From: Ophelia neglecta
Taxonomy: Eukaryota
DNA: 64,000 bases
Direction: 5' to 3'
Assembly: GCA_965285935.1 (NCBI GenBank)
Contig: OZ260664.1
Coordinates: 66,960,001 to 67,024,000 of the forward strand
The position numbers and the translations under genes are program-made. This document shows, piece by piece, positions 22,765 to 38,800 of the stretch (the first letter of the stretch is position 1; each line of letters begins with the position of its first letter). Under the pieces are notes generated by a model that searched no databases, was not told the DNA's origin, and was given only the letters and a program-made list of their open reading frames with translations.

Positions 22765-25700
22765 CTGCAACATAAAGACAACTTTTCTTACAAACTATGG
22801 ACATATAATGCGCAAGAACATGATTCCTAATCCAGAGAAGGTGTTTTCAATGCCTTTTTTATGTGGAACTGATAACTTACAGCAGTATTTTGTACCCGTG
22901 TTAATGGGATGGCCTCACAAACAGTAGGATAACCTTAAATGGAATTGTCTGGGAGCATGAATCCAAGTACATCTTACACCAGTGCCCGCTCTACACCAAC
23001 TAACTTAATCTTTACTAAGAGCATCAGTTTATAAACAATGAGGTCCTTGGCCAATGCCAAACAGAAGCCCTATCCTTAAATGGAAGATTACCTACACTTC
23101 ACACTTCAAGGATCATTTATGTACTTATGTGCACCCAGGTAAAATAAAGATCAATGGATCCTTTTGTTTTAGAATGAAAATATGGACTACAGTTTGTTTT
23201 TACAAGGGATTAAATCTTTTGGTAAATTTTAATGGTAATCATTCTGGTCAACAGTCACAGCAATTACTGAGGCTCTTCACTGGTGTGGTTAGGAGACATG
23301 CTTACCTGGTGGAAACAAAGAGCCCAATTAGACTACCTGCTACAGTTCGGGGGGGGGGGGGGGGGTGTACAGCTGGGGCCCAGAACTACTTTAAATACAT
23401 CACCCAGAATGTTTTCTAATCATTTGTTTTATACACATCACCCAGCAGAATATTATTTCATGCTTTCTTTAAAACACAAGCATGACTGACTGTTTATATA
23501 AAATTTTAATTTTTGCGACTAGAAAATACACAGTTGTTATTAGGAATTTAGTGTCTTGGAAATTGATATCAGATAAATAAGCCATAATTCATATGGAATG
23601 ATCTGATGACAGTGATGTCTAACTGTTTTAACAAATCAAGTCACATAGAGTATTGAAAACAAAAACTGTAATGTCTTAAAACATTCATGCTGTCATCCCT
23701 CCCCCTCTCCTACACCACCCTCTAAACATCACCCTGTTCCCCTACACCCAAACCGTCACCCTGTCACCCCCTCCCACTGCCCTTCATCATGGTGTCCCCC
23801 CTTAATTCCCTCAATCCCCAATGGCTCCCTAGTCACTCCTTCTCACCTGACTGTTAAAGCTAGTTAATCCTTCAGCAAGCAGAACAAGTGAAATTTATCA
23901 TAACCCGATCAAACAATTGAATCAGATCTTGTTTGCCACAATTTACAGAGCAATGTTGCTTCCTCTTTTAATGTGGGAACTTCAAATAGCTGCCCTAACG
24001 GTATCAATCACACCAGAATCATTGGGGAGTTGTTATGAAGCTTTATTGGAGGACAAGAAAGTAAATCTCAATAAGATAAAAGAGTGAGGTGAGAATGTTC
24101 AAAACTGCCAATTTACTAGAGACAATGAAATTGTAGGAGAGCAATTCAGAAAATAAATTGTTTCGTTTACACATTCGGGAAAGTTTCCTTTTCGAAGTTT
24201 GTAAATTCAAAAGGCATAGTTTACTGGTTATAGCTTGTAATACTTGAAATATATACCAGGATATAAACCAGGTCATGCCACTCAGGTCCAGTAATATAGT
24301 ATTGTCTAGTTTAGTAAGTATTAATATAGTGATGTCTTAACATAGTATGGAAGGCTGGACCTAGATTGGTTGCTGGTAGAGTTTAAATTTGACTGAATTT
24401 ACTGGCTGAGGATTGTCTGGAATCTGGGAGATGTGACAAGGATAATCAGTGTATATTACATAATAATTCAATATAAAACCAAATATAATTGGCTACAATT
24501 TAATTATTTTAGATAATAAAAAGAACCTTTGCCTCATAATCAATAAGTACATCCTACGTGCTTATCTTAAACAAACAAATTGGCAAAGAAATTTGTACTC
24601 TTTTTGGTTAAAAAAAGCAACAGTTCAAGTCATTAAGCAGGCAGGATTCAAAGAATATCTAAAAGAAGTTAAAAAATAGGATGAGTATTTCTAAACAAAC
24701 ACACCCATATATAAGAAGGTGGTTCTGAACATTTTTATGACTCTCAGTAAGACAATCCCAAGGGTCTGTCAAGTACATTTTCTGTTTCCTCCTGCCTACA
24801 TCTGGTAAAACAGCCACATCTTAAGACTTAAGCATCATTTCAGATGACTTTAATGTGACATGATAATTTTGGTTGAAAAATGTACCTTGTGGTTAATGCT
24901 TGTCCACAAGAACAAAGTATCGGAAATGTTCTCCGCAACCTGGGATGTGGCATCAAAGTCAAGAGTCAGCACAATAGTTAACATTAAATAGATGGCTGAT
25001 CAATCTGGCCATGTGGTTATTTATGTGGAAATTAAACAAGATAAATAGGGGTGTAGCTTTGTAGCTAAAAGGTTAATGAAGCGGCCAAATTACATGTTTA
25101 ACACATTCTGAAAGCTTTTATACAGTGATGTGTAAATGAGCCCAGACCAGCCACACCGGATGACCACTTTATACAGATGGGACAATCTACAATGATCATT
25201 TTATGGTGAAAAGTGGTCTGCCCCCTGCCGAATACAATTAGCAAAATAACATGTATAGGGACTGATCTGATTAGCCAGGTGACATTATAAAAGGTAACTT
25301 ACTGCTGGTGCAAAACGTTCAAATCTAACATCACCATTTTTATCTCATTTACCCCACTGAGATGACAATGCCTAACTACTTTGGTATCATTATAAAGCAT
25401 ACATGGTCTTATGGGAGAATGCAATATACCAGACCAGATATTTCTTAACATGATATCTGAGTACAGAGTTAGTTTTTTAAATGTTATTCCCAAGGAACTA
25501 AGTAGCAAGTCACGTCCCAAGTCATGGTAATAATAATAATAGATAAGCATGCACATACAAAAGCAAAAAAACACAATTCCTTGACAGGTGAAATAAAAGT
25601 GTCAGTTCTCCCTGTCTTGGTGCTTTCAAGAAACAAACCACCAAGTCTCTTAGAGTTAACTCATTGTTCTTATATTAGCACTAGTAGAGGATGCTATTGC

Positions 25701-27264
25701 CAAAATCTCAATGTAAGTACGGTTATCAGCTAGCTCATCGCAAAAAAACATTAGATATCAATTAATATATGTTGTGTGTCACGGAATGTGACATTTGCAG
25801 ACACCGGGTATGGTGGGGCTCACGATATGCGGGTGACTTAGATGAATACACCTGACACCTCAAATCAATTTTTGTTTAACTGCCACCCAATTACATACAG
25901 GACCTGTAGGGAACACAAAACAATTTACTACCAGTTTCTATTTAAACTGGCACTCATTTATGCTAATCAATAAATAAACTGGTGCCCTAGAGGCAGTCTG
26001 AAGGCCCATGTAATGTACATTGAAACAATTGCACCTCCCTGACATGGATATCAACCTATCTGTCTGACATCAAGTCATTGCCAAAATGTTCAGTCTTTGT
26101 TATTTTATAATTTAAGACTTAGCATAAAGCTTTATACCAACATTTTGAACTCCCAACAATAAAAAGGACTCTGGGACCAGAGATGTTACCAGATATGTCT
26201 CCTTCCTGAAACTCAGGTGTCTACACTTCACAATCAGGTAGACAGGATGTCACTTTAAAAGAAACATTAACCAGATTTTTCAATTCCAACCCCAGCCAAG
26301 CATAATTCCTTAATTATGCAGAATTTGCAGAATATCACAAAACTATGACACAATACTAGAATAGCATCACCATATTTCATAGAGAGATATAATGTAACTA
26401 AAACATAAATGCTAAAGGTCATAATTACAAACGTCATCAAGAACCTTAATGAACTGGTCATGCCATATCAGTACACAATTTGTGAATAGAAATTAGACAG
26501 AGGGCAGCAGAGGTCTGTGGCATTGTGGGTAACTTTTGTGTTGGAAGAAAACACCACGGGCAGGGCAGTAGGCCTTTTGGTCAATCAGTGATGAATTATT
26601 TAGTCTTCGCATCTATTAGGGCTGGACTTGTCAAAATGATAAATATCTTAAATCAATTCATGGAAATAAGTTCATCCTTTGATGTGTTTGATGACAAAGT
26701 TCAGCCAACCACACTGCATGGCAGGTAGAAGGTATAATTAGACAAAATTGCTAGACATGAACAAGACATAAAAAATCCTGGCCAAAGTAGCTTCCATTTA
26801 ATGGCAAGACTTCTATGATATAGTTTCTTCATTTATCAAAGTTGCTGTCTTACTGAATCATTCTATATGAGGAATGAATTGCGTTTGGTCATGATTGAAG
26901 AGGTGCCTGAAAGCCAGCGGCTATCAGTTGACAGTCCTGAGAGGACCTGGACTAGCTCAGCTATACAAAGTAAACTTGACAGCATCGTTCTTTATCACAG
27001 CTGAGAACTGCACCACTCATTGAAATATAAAGCTATAATTTCTCTACCTAGTAATTATCTTTATCATCTTCTATCATCCAACACCAACCACTTATTAACA
27101 ACCATTACAATAGCATCATAAATATTGGCAAAAGGAAAGACCAGAAAAAATCAGCTAGCAATGTAATTTGGATTGTGTCTGTTGGGATCTGTCAGGAGAA
27201 GACCAGGACAGGTGATTGAGAGCTCCTCCACCTTAGATGACTGCTTTACTGATAGCATCCTCCA

Positions 27265-27302
27265 CTGTTTAAAGACAGTGTCGCTGTTTAAAGACAGTGT
27301 CG
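27265..27302. repeat. Perfect 19-bp tandem duplication (ctgtttaaagacagtgtcg x2)
   Basis: Seen directly. Confidence 0.85.
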
Positions 27303-29620
27303 TGAATCAGAAAACCCCATTTTAGTCAATGACTATGGACAACAGGTTTGTCCAAGTGGTCCTGTGTTTGCCTCTGTTGATAAGATCAGTACTCCACACA
27401 TTCATCTGAAAGGTTTGTCTGTAAGAACTGATAGTCTGTAACAGGTCAAAGGGCCGTGGGTGGAAATATATTTAAATTTGCAGGGGGAACAATTCAACTG
27501 ACCAGTCCTTGAAATATAGCATTCTATAATTACACAATTTGGCGTAATACGGTGCAGCTTAATTAACATGCTCTTGAGTCAGTGCCTGTATCTGATTTCA
27601 AATGTTCTTTATAATATGTTACATAGTAAAACTGACAGCAGTTATTTCCATTGAAAGAAACAAATTAAAGGGGAGAATCAGAAACAATTTGCAGCAGACG
27701 AAGGCTTCTAGACATGAGGACCGCTTATTGGCAGGCACTCCTCCAATTTAAATCAGGTTGCCCTTGTTGATTCCATTCCAGCAGGAGCTAAAACTGTACC
27801 TCTATTGTGCATGTTTGGTAATATTTTTTTGTAATATTCTGTCAAGTGTCCTAATCTTTTTGTCATTTGCTCAGGTACGCAATATTTTTGTTTCAAAGCA
27901 GGCATTGCCTTTTTTGCCTCAGTTTTTGTACTATGGCACACACCATGATTTCATGACTCCCCTATTTATTAGCCACCCGAATCCTGTTTTTCAGTGCCAC
28001 TCCTTAAGACCCTCTAGGCCAGGGTTTTAACTGTTTAGACATAGCCTCAGGGCACCACATGAGTATTTTTAACTTCCATTCATTAAGATTATTTAATAGT
28101 AAAATTAATTAAAACTTAAACTTCCATTCATATATAGAATTTAAATTGTTAGTAATAAATATTATTTCATTTAAAAAAGAAGAATATTGTGATGTTTATT
28201 AATAAGATAAAATACCTTCTCTGTAGTAAGAGAACAACCAAATTTCCTAATTAACTTAATGTCTCTCAATGACCACATATCTGTTACCAAGTCTTTCATC
28301 CTAGGAGGATGCACATTCCACCCCGTCAGGCGCCATATGCGGAAATTATCTCTCCCCGACTGCTGCCCTGCAAGAGGTCCTGCTCAGAACCTTTCAGTTA
28401 GTGAATATACCATTTTAATTCTCTGACACCTTATATTTTCATGAACGTGAAATATGGAGTTTTGACTACACCGCCTCTCAGATGTACACAGGGGTCATCC
28501 TTTGACGGGCTTGAAGTGAACGGACACTGCCAATTCACCCCTTACCACCAAATCTATTGCCAGCACACTGTCTCCAGACAAAGAAGTTCACCTGTACCTT
28601 TGTGTATGTCTAATCACCACATAGGTGCTGGCCAATTAAACCTCGACTTAGTACAAAGGAGGCACCTCTCCGCTATCCTGTCCACTTCACTCCCAACTGA
28701 GGTAATGGTAGTAGCCATTAAATTGACTTCAAATCCTATTACATGTACCACCATATTTAGGCATAGGTAATTTTGGATTTGACCATGGGGATTTGTTTCA
28801 CATGATATGGTCTATCATAAGCCTTCAAATTTACCATTATACTTATTTGATCTGGAGTAAAAAAAAATTCATATCCTACTGTGGTCCAATTCTGCACAAT
28901 CTATGCTTAAAAAATGGCAATGTTAATTAAAAGTTTATGCTTGTTTTTATAAAATGTTCCCTACTAGATTGACAGAGACCATCACTGGTCATACAGAAAA
29001 GACAATTGTGTGAATTTATTATTTTGGCAGTGAGTTTCAGACACCTGCAGATGGAAAAGTAACAAGACCACCTCTTATCTAAACCTGTTCTTAGAAATAA
29101 AGCAACATTTTAGAGTAAGAGCAAATTGAAATTCAATTAAATTGACCCAATCAACACTGTTTCTTTGTAGAAGATTAAGTTAACATTTAATTTTCACAGG
29201 TGAAAACTGCCAAGCCACTTGCCAGTGCCATTATGTTTATATCAAAATTAAATTTGTATATTCTCGGTGTGGCTGTCATGATAACATCTTTTTCAAGACT
29301 TAATGCATCTCCACCATTTCTCAACATGCATAATGAGTATGTGAGTTATGTATTATTCCTTTGGTATAATAAAATGTGTTGACTCTGAGAAACTAGAAAA
29401 AAAAAACACTTTTATAAACATCTCTAACCACCTGCTATTGGTATAACCATTTACATGATTTAGACCAATGAAGAAAATCTAACTTAAAGGATGTAAACAA
29501 ACAGACACAGACTAGAAGATGTGTTTGAAACTGATAAGTAACAGAAATAAACAGGCTGTTTTTACTCCTTACCACAATGAAAACCATGAATTTGATTGGA
29601 GGAGACTGTCAGTTGGTCTA

Positions 29621-29805
29621 CAGTGTTTTCAATAGTAGCCGGTTGCCAGAGAATTTCATTGCCAACTTCACAACATTCTCTGTCAACTTTCCCCTAAATA
29701 ATTCTAACATGACATAGCTTTTATATACACTGTACACTGGGTCGGGGACATCTCCCCCTACATTTATGGAGTCTCATGCTACTTGAAAAGATATTGAAAC
29801 CACTG
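29621..29805. mobile_element. hAT-like MITE (185 bp)
   Basis: TIR cagtgttttcaata / tattgaaaccactg (13/14 match). ggtcta lies directly on both sides. CAGTG ends are typical of hAT (Charlie-type) elements. Confidence 0.6.
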
Positions 29806-32800
29806 GGTCTAGCCAATGATGTAGTGGCTGTAGAGTATTTCACTCAGCCCATACATGGGAAAATAGTTTATGTGCAATGTTAGTAATCAAGCACATTAAA
29901 AAATCCAGTTCTGCTTTTTTACAGTTAGAGCAGACTGATTTGATAATACATCAAGTCTTAACAAGCGACAAACAATCCTCAGATGAAATTACCTGTCAAC
30001 ACCCAAGATGTAAATCTTGTTTTTAGGTCACATATCTAATGATTGAAGAACGTAATACTATATGTGTGATATGCAAAAACCTAAAGATGACAAGTTTTAC
30101 CTGCAGATGACCTATGGCTGGTTCATGTCTCTTCCAATCTTGGCGGTAGGATACTGTTTCCATCTGAAACTCAATAAAGCTGTTTGCGTCAGTCCCTGCC
30201 AGGTACACAGGGTCATTTCCCACAGCTCCAGCCACTTTGAGGTGGAAGATTGTGAAATTCAATCAGTCTTTTTACCTCAACAGTCACCTATTGTTATGGT
30301 AAACAATGCTGGCTTAAAACAAACAGGAAAACACAATGCAATATGTGGAATAAAGTCTTCACCAGATAAAAATGAAGTAGTTTCCTTGATATTAAAGCTA
30401 AAAACTCGACTGATCCCACTGATCCAACTGATGTTTCCAGCAGTTGACACTTCAGGAGTCCTCAAGTCAGATATAGCTGTAAGTTGGGACTGCTGGACAC
30501 AGTGAACTCCACTCTATCCACGCCACTCCATCCGCTCCACTCTATTCCAGTCAGAATGAGACATCAGAGTGCTCAGCTCTGACGGAGAGGGCTGGACAGT
30601 ATTGTGTACAGGGAGGATTGATGCAGCCCCCCTACTATGGAAAAGCACAGCACAGGCACTCTACCATGGCTTGGCGGTGGGCAGAGTACCCAAAATGGTG
30701 TGATTATATTTAAGATCTTCTTTTGGCGGTGCCTGTGATCATGTCCATGGCCCAGCGAGCAGCATGCCTCATGCCGAGAGTCATACATTTCTCATCATCA
30801 GCCCCATAAACAACATAACCAGAGCCTCCCAGACCACATATGGAACAATCAAATATGCCATCTAAAGGGCATTACTGAAGCATTTAGAGATTTTCTACAC
30901 TTGCCATGGCCACCAGTTATTTCCCAAATGTACACAGTAGTCCCTTTAAGATAATCATCATAGTAACTGTTCCTAGGAACCGCCACAATTATGCCCCCCT
31001 AGAAAGGTAATTTTCTGAAGAAAAGAAGAACCAGACAAAGTTTATACCAAACAAAGGTGATCAAAAGGAGACATGATAACATCTATTTCAGGTAATCAGA
31101 AGACAACTGTCTGGTATTGTTCCCACATTAACTTTGAAGTGACTATTGAATGACTTACTGTTGCAATACAGGGAGGTAGAGATGAAAAGAAGTAATCAAA
31201 ATGCCCAAGTAGACAGAACATCACTTTAAATAATTAAAAGGTAATGGAGTCACATCTTAATTAACACATCATCCTGCTACGTGCCAAAATGAGGTGTGGT
31301 ACTGACATTAAGGAAAACATAAAAGGAATTGCATACATTCATTTAACAGTAAACCTAAGCAGGTAATTTTTCAGTTGCTGACTGTTTGCATTTTTTCAAA
31401 ATGAAATATTTAAGTAAAAACATAAAAATGCTTATTACACTAGTGCCACCGCCACCTTTATGTCAGCACACCTTCCGTTATGAACAAGCAGGAGGCCCAA
31501 GGCACAAATCAAATTCTGGAAAATTACTGCTTACACCAGAATGTGTTGAGACATACAAAATAGAGTCTATTAAATCTGCTGATGGGAGTTGAGATGAAGT
31601 AAAAGTAGCAAAAGAGAGTTTTGTCCAATGTGGCACATGTTGGTACCCATTCACCATAGATCATCATCAGCACACAAACCCCAGCCTTCTTCTGTCACCA
31701 GCCAGGCTGCCCGGCTTTGTGTGCCTGTCAATACACTGTAACCATGATACCTCCTTATTACAGACATGTTCATCATTTTGATGAACACCTCTCTCCTGCA
31801 AACTGCAAAATTTACGGTTGTGACCAGTCCATCTGTCGGTCTTGACTCTCAGTTACACCTCAGTTACACTTCAAAGGGATAGTTTATTAGAGTTAAAATC
31901 TCAACAATTTTCATACAGCTCATAAGAATAGCATTGCTACACCTTGCCTAATAATTATTTAAAAAAAGTATGACATTACACCCTGGGATAATGTACAGCA
32001 ACTTATCTTTTAATGTTTGTGTTTAAACAATCTAATAAATTAAAAAAAGAAGAAAGTAAAATTCTTAGTCAAAATACAGCTAAGTAGGCATTCAACTTGA
32101 TGTTTATCTCATCTGTTGTCCTGATCAAACATCTACTCATGGAAGAAGTTTAAACTGTAGTTAAACTACCCAACACGTGAACAATTAAGTTCACACAGTG
32201 CCACTGATATTGTCAAGTGCCAGAGCAAGAACCAGGTACCAGGCAAGAGCCAAGAGCCAAATGCATGGAGCACTATTACATTATTGAGCTTGACTGCCAT
32301 ATCCTATGCTACAGTTAAGTTGAGTGTCCAGCTGGCAGATGACAGGCTCACTGGTACATCTCTTTTTGTGACAAGCACATGTTAGCATTTTGATTTTAAT
32401 GTCATTTTTATGCTGATGCGTAGAACAGATCTTTGCAGTGATCAGTTTTCAACCATTACTACACCACATCAATGCACAGCTTACAATATATACTGATCAT
32501 GATGTTTTGCGGATCACCATTCTTTGACTAAAGGAGCAGTTAATCTCACAGGTAAACAGATCTGTGACAGCCTTTGATCTGGGTGATCACCAATAGACTT
32601 ACATCAAATATGTACAATACATGTTCAGCACCAAAAGCTTCTGGTTGGCTGGACAGTGCCAAAGCCAGCCATTATTACAGACGATCAATTCATTATTAGG
32701 TTGACATATAGTGGGATTGCGTGATAACACAGTGGATCTCTCTCCACGGTCCATGACGATTCACATCATATTTCCACTTTTCTTTCAAGTATATGGATGT

Positions 32801-35800
32801 GAAGTAAAGGAACCTTATTGATTTTGTGTCATCATGTTTTTCGTAGCACGTAACTACAACAAATCCTTTGAGAAGATCACATTTGCTTCTTGTGAATCAA
32901 TGCTATTATTGAAGCAATAACATCTTCATTGCCTTGCTAAAGTACACACCATGTATAGATTTCCAGCAAGATTATCATCTGAACAGAACCAACCTAAACA
33001 ACGGAAAAACATTACCCGAACGACATTAACTGTGCAAAAAGACAAGGAAATGTCAACCAAAACACTTCCATTTTTAACAATGCCAACTTAGCTATGATCT
33101 GAGAGTACATGTTATATCTAGGAGTAAGAATATTACTCGCAGACTCCCAGCTAAGACTTATATTATTTTCTTGGATGAATTAAGAATTGACAGATAATGA
33201 GCTCACTACCCTTTGTGTAGGACAAATTTGTACAAATATTAGTGGAACATAGCTGGACAGAGCAGCTGACACCAACTTGACAGGTACACGGGTGTCACCT
33301 TTCTATTTTTTATTCTTTACTTGTTTGTCATCCAGACCTTTGTCTCCAGGTATTAATGTAAGGATCTCAGACAAAGAATAATGTCCTGTCCACCCGCGTG
33401 TCAACAAAATCTTACCCAAAGGGCAATACTTTTTCTTGAGTGATGAATCTTATACCTGAATGTATTTGTAAAATAATTCCATTATTGTGTGTGTGCTGCC
33501 ATCAAAGCACACGAGTCTGGGATCAATGGTTGATATTTAGTCTGTCGCCTCCGACCAAGTTTGCCTGATCCCTGACCACATTTACCAGTTACCCATCAGG
33601 ACAACAGAAAGTATTGATTAGGAAAACACATCCTCACAAAATTATACAAGCTCAAAGAAAAGTGCCACCAGCACACTGTCAGCTGAATTTTTACTTTGAA
33701 GTTCCAAATGTATACCTAAACTTTCCAAACAGTGAGATATATAGAAAAGATTTCAAAATATTTGTATAAATAGAAATATCAACAATTAATGTGATTACCT
33801 GGATTTTTAAATTCCAATGGGCACATGACGAAAACACTGTCCTCCTTGAGCAAAGCCAGTGATTCAATTTCATTTGAAATTGTTAATCAGATATCTTTTT
33901 AATAAATCTTATACATGTACATGTCAGGTTGTGTGAGGCTGACAACAAGTGTCTATGTAGCTTAAATAAATCTTAAATAAATCGTAGAACTAGATGATTT
34001 CCCCCAACTGCTCAGACATGTACAGTTACCTAAAATAAGTTATAAAAAGTCCACACTTCATAAAGGTTCATTGGCTCTTATTACAAAGAGAAACACCAGA
34101 ACAATATATCATGTTACTCTAAATGGCAAAATTTATCCAGTCCAGCATAACAAGATTAGCAGTATTACTCCCCCATAAAAATCCCAAACTAAGTGAATGG
34201 AAACACAAACAGTTATTGTACAATTACTTGTGGTTAATCCCACTCATTTTCTCTGTACAACAAACAAATATAAAGAAGATAGCATAAACGTGTATACTGT
34301 AAATTGGATTGTAACACATCAGATTTCCTCCACTACATTGAATGTTTCAAGTAAACTGGTCTGCCATTCAACACTCCTAATAAAGGCTAACTTCTTAAAT
34401 ACCTACAACTACACGTATCCAATAATCACACATAAATGAGACTTCTATTAACTCCAAGTACATGTAAATTTCTAACTAAGTTCACATTACCATAGGAAAC
34501 ATATCTTCAGTCACATTTATACAGTGCTCTGGCTGAAGGACAAGGCACAATCCACTACCACCAGGACCTCCACTTTACAGTCAGATTAACAACAGATATT
34601 CAAATCAATTTCATGGTGATTATTTCAACATTCTCAACTTCCATCATTATCCTGCCCTAAGTGTTTCCACAATCTGTACTGACAGAGGGAGAGGTAAAAT
34701 GGCCACCCTGTGATGGCAGTCTGGGGTGACTGAAGCTGTACAGGTAGCCCAGGATTTCACACTGAGGGAGGGAGTATGGCAGCCAAATCTCAACCACTGT
34801 TTCCTATGATCAACTGATATCAAGTCCTAGTTCAATCCTCCAGATTAACATGGGTCTGTTATAATGAGTAGAACCTAAGAAGTTGATCTGGCTTTCTGTA
34901 CTCATAGTTTTGACTAACAATTCAAATGTTTGTGTCTCTAAAACACAAACTAGCTTACAATGAGCCAATATTTCAAGCAAATCATCTGAAATTTCATCAG
35001 CAACCAACCACTGACATTTCAGAAGGTTTGAATTACTACTCAACATCTGTGTGAGCATATAGGTTATGTCTAGTATAATAGGAACAAAAGTCAGTCAGTT
35101 TCGGGAACATGTCACTATTTTCAACAATCACAGACATTTGACCTTTTTGCTTATATAAATAACCAATAAGAGAGGAACAAATCTAACCATCTTAGCTTTG
35201 AGAGCCTGTTAACACTTACCTATGTGTTAAGTATACACCTGATAAGAACAGTAACCATAGACTACCCCCTAGTGGGGCAATTTTACACTAGATTACAGCC
35301 ATGTTCTACATGGTGTTCAGCTCAGCTAAGGGAACTCTTCAATAATCATTACAGTATACACACACCCAAGTCCACAAGTGAAACTCTTCAATCCTCACCC
35401 ACCCTCCTCTGGGTACAAGAGCCTCATTAAATTGGTTTTGTGGCCGCCTGCTGAGAGTAATAGTAGGAAACCTTTATAACTTTACTTACCTAGAAGCTAA
35501 GAAATGACTTTATCTCCTGCTAGTACCTTGTAAACCAGTCTCTCTTTTAGATATTCTGCAGAAGTTTAAACGATTTATAAAACAAACGACCCTAGAAAAA
35601 AACATCCAATCCATCAAGACCACATAGTAACTACATGACACACTCATTTCATACAAGTTTACAGAAAGGAAGCCACACAACTCACTGTCTTATTATGGAT
35701 AGCAGCAATTTTCTAAGTGTATATGTAACTCCCAGCAGTGAGAAATCTTATCCTCACCTTGTTACTTTGCTGGCTCTTCTGGTCTAAATAAACAATTAAC

Positions 35801-38800
35801 TGGACAGACCGGTATCCAGCATAGAGCAACTCCACAAATATCCTTGGAATTGATGGTTGAAAGAATTAATCATTTCTACAAGAGAACATTCGAACAGCCT
35901 TAGTACATGAACAAGTATGTATAAACTTATTTGTACAGAATTTACATACCTTTTTTCAATGGATTAAAAAGCATTTTCCTGTAGATTTATTTAAATGATT
36001 TCCCTCATACAGATACAGAATGTAAAAGCCCTCAGTCCCGAGGATGGATTGTGGAGAACGCGCAGATTACTACAGTCAGGAGGGCACCAAAACAACCAAT
36101 TTATCTGTGAAGTATCCTACTCAATACAAATAGCCAGTATTCCATGTCCATCAGGGCTACAATCTCCCCACAAACGCTCACACAGTTTGATGTATTCCTA
36201 GAGAGAATGTCAGTCATGCAGGTGAGATCCGACCTGCAGCTTTGCTCCAACCTGTCCGACTTCTTCAGACAAGTCAAACTATATGACTTTACCACAGTCT
36301 GTGTTTTGACATTTGCCTATGATATTTTGCTGTTATGGGTTTTAAATTTGCAAATAACTCTCAACCCCAATAATTACAGAGGCACACAAGCCCTTAATCT
36401 GTAGTTCACCAAGGGTATATGTATATTTTCCCGCTCACACCCATGAGTCTTCAAAGAGTCCTTGTGGACAGGTAGAAGCTATGTCATTCACCTTTGAACA
36501 GAACAGAAGCAAGTATTCGCAGGTCACTCAACACTTGCACCAATGATTGTAATGTAAAACATTCTAGTCTGCCCATTCCCTCCATACAAATTGACAAATT
36601 AAAAACATCAGGCCTTGCTGAAAAGTCCCCAATCCAACCTGGGGGTTTTCAGCTCACACTAACCCTAATAGTGCATTTCCCTTCAGCACCCTGTCTACAG
36701 AACTTTGTATTTAGCAGCCAACTTGTGCCAGGTAATGATAGTTTCCAAGATAAAACATCAGGCTCTCATAAATCACCGTCCCGGCAGTCACAGATGGGCC
36801 TAAATATTCCTGCCACATGTTTTTGTTGCCTATAAAAACAACCACTAAGCGCTTTACTCTTAAACCTTACGCACTAATTCCCAGTAGAAGAGGCCAATAC
36901 TTTATGACTGAATGTGTTGAAAGTTTCTCCTGAACAAATGGCCATCGCTGGTCTGAATCTAAAAAACATTGGCACTAATATATAGAGCTGCTCATTACAG
37001 TGTGAACAGCTTGAAAACTACCCACAGCTTCCTAAAACACATGTTTAACATAAACCACCCACATGTCAAAGCAAGCGAAATCAGGCATATTTTTTTTCAT
37101 TTCAGTTTGAAATAGTGATGACAAGCAGAAGAATCCCTGGAGGAGTAGTGGCCTGATAGGTACATGTAGATGGACAGCAGATGGAGTGATTCTATCCTAG
37201 CCTAGGTTAATGGAGTTTAAGTCTATAGTTTTAGAGTCAATCATCTTGTCAATGGGAGGGCAATGAGGGAGTATATCCCACCCCTGTGAGATGGAGATGA
37301 CACACTGGCAAGGGCGATTGGGTCACTGATTACTACTCACAAATGACCTGATGACCACAGATGGTCAGATGGCCAGACAGATCTCAAGAAATGTAAGATT
37401 GTGAGGTATGCTGTTTCCATGTCAAAGGGCATAACAAGCATGTGCATGACAAACTGATTTTATACCATTGGCTATAAATTATTTGAGTGAGCAAAGAGGT
37501 ATTATACATAAATACATATATGTACCTACATTAGGGTCATTACTGGCTACAAATACCCTCTGGATTATCACATACCATGCATAAATGAAGCAGCCCCTTA
37601 TGCCAACTGACATTTTTATAAATTGGCTATGTTGGTTTAAGCGCTGTCCATGCAGTCACATTAATGCTCTGACCCCCTCCATGTTTTGTGTCATCGCAGC
37701 CATCAGTCTTACAGTACTATCGCCACAGGACACACTCTTAGTCTAGTGTATGGCGTTATGCATGTTATCAACCCTGGAGGGGGCATAATGCCAGATAAGT
37801 CCTGCAAATGTGGGTTGGAGCATTATCATATCTAGACAGAACTGAAAGTATGCATTTATTACAAATCACCCGGAGAAGCTAGCATTCCCATCTCAAGACA
37901 AGTGCTAGTTATTGCTGAGAAGACCTGGGGATTCCCACACTAGGTGGAGAGTTAGTTATCATCCCTCAGATAGGATGCCATGAAGGTGTCATCAGGCCCA
38001 GGGGCTGGTAATTCTATTTTATGCTGGTGTGAGCATTCCCAGAAATGGTTTCAGCCATGACTAACTAGACCTCTGGTGGCAGGCTCAACCCTATTCTAAG
38101 CATAATGTGTTTTACTGCCTCTTTGGCCAGTCATCAGTGGGAAATGAAAATATGATTTATGTCTGGAGAGTTTTGAATAAAGACAAGTCTGGGGAATACT
38201 GCTTGGGTAGCCACAAAACGTAGCAAGCTGTTCTCTTATTAAATGCCGTTGGGGGAGGAGCCCATCATTACCCCTTCAACAGACCAGGATGTTGAGATGT
38301 CACAATATTAGACCATTGTATTACAACATGTCACACCAGTAAATAGAGGTTTTCGTCAGCTGTCCAGTACCCTACACTTAACTAGTCAAAATGCACTTCG
38401 TCCAAAATTTGAAATTCCGTAACAAGAAATTCCGATACAATTGGACCTGTGATCATATTAAAAGGCCGGTTCACAGGTGTCAAAGCAAGGTGAACAAAAA
38501 TATCAAACACAATGCAAACCAAAAAATTTAATATGGTCGATCTGATGAAAGGCAAAACTTACAATTTATCTTAATCATGTATAAATGCACATGTACATGA
38601 GGAAACCCAACCTATGACTATAAAGTGTTACTTCCTGGGTATTCCCCAGTCTAATCTGTGCTAATCTATACCACAAATCTTTGACTTTTGAAGGTATCTG
38701 TCAAAGGCTAAGAAATATGTATTAATAATCAGGTAAGATATGTAAGATCTGGATTTCTGCACCTGTGCTCCCCAAAGAACTAGGTGCTCACCCCAGACTT

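Noticed and set aside
33286-33402. Weak inverted repeat (acacgggtg / cacccgcgtgt)
   Set aside because: Too short and imperfect to call an element.
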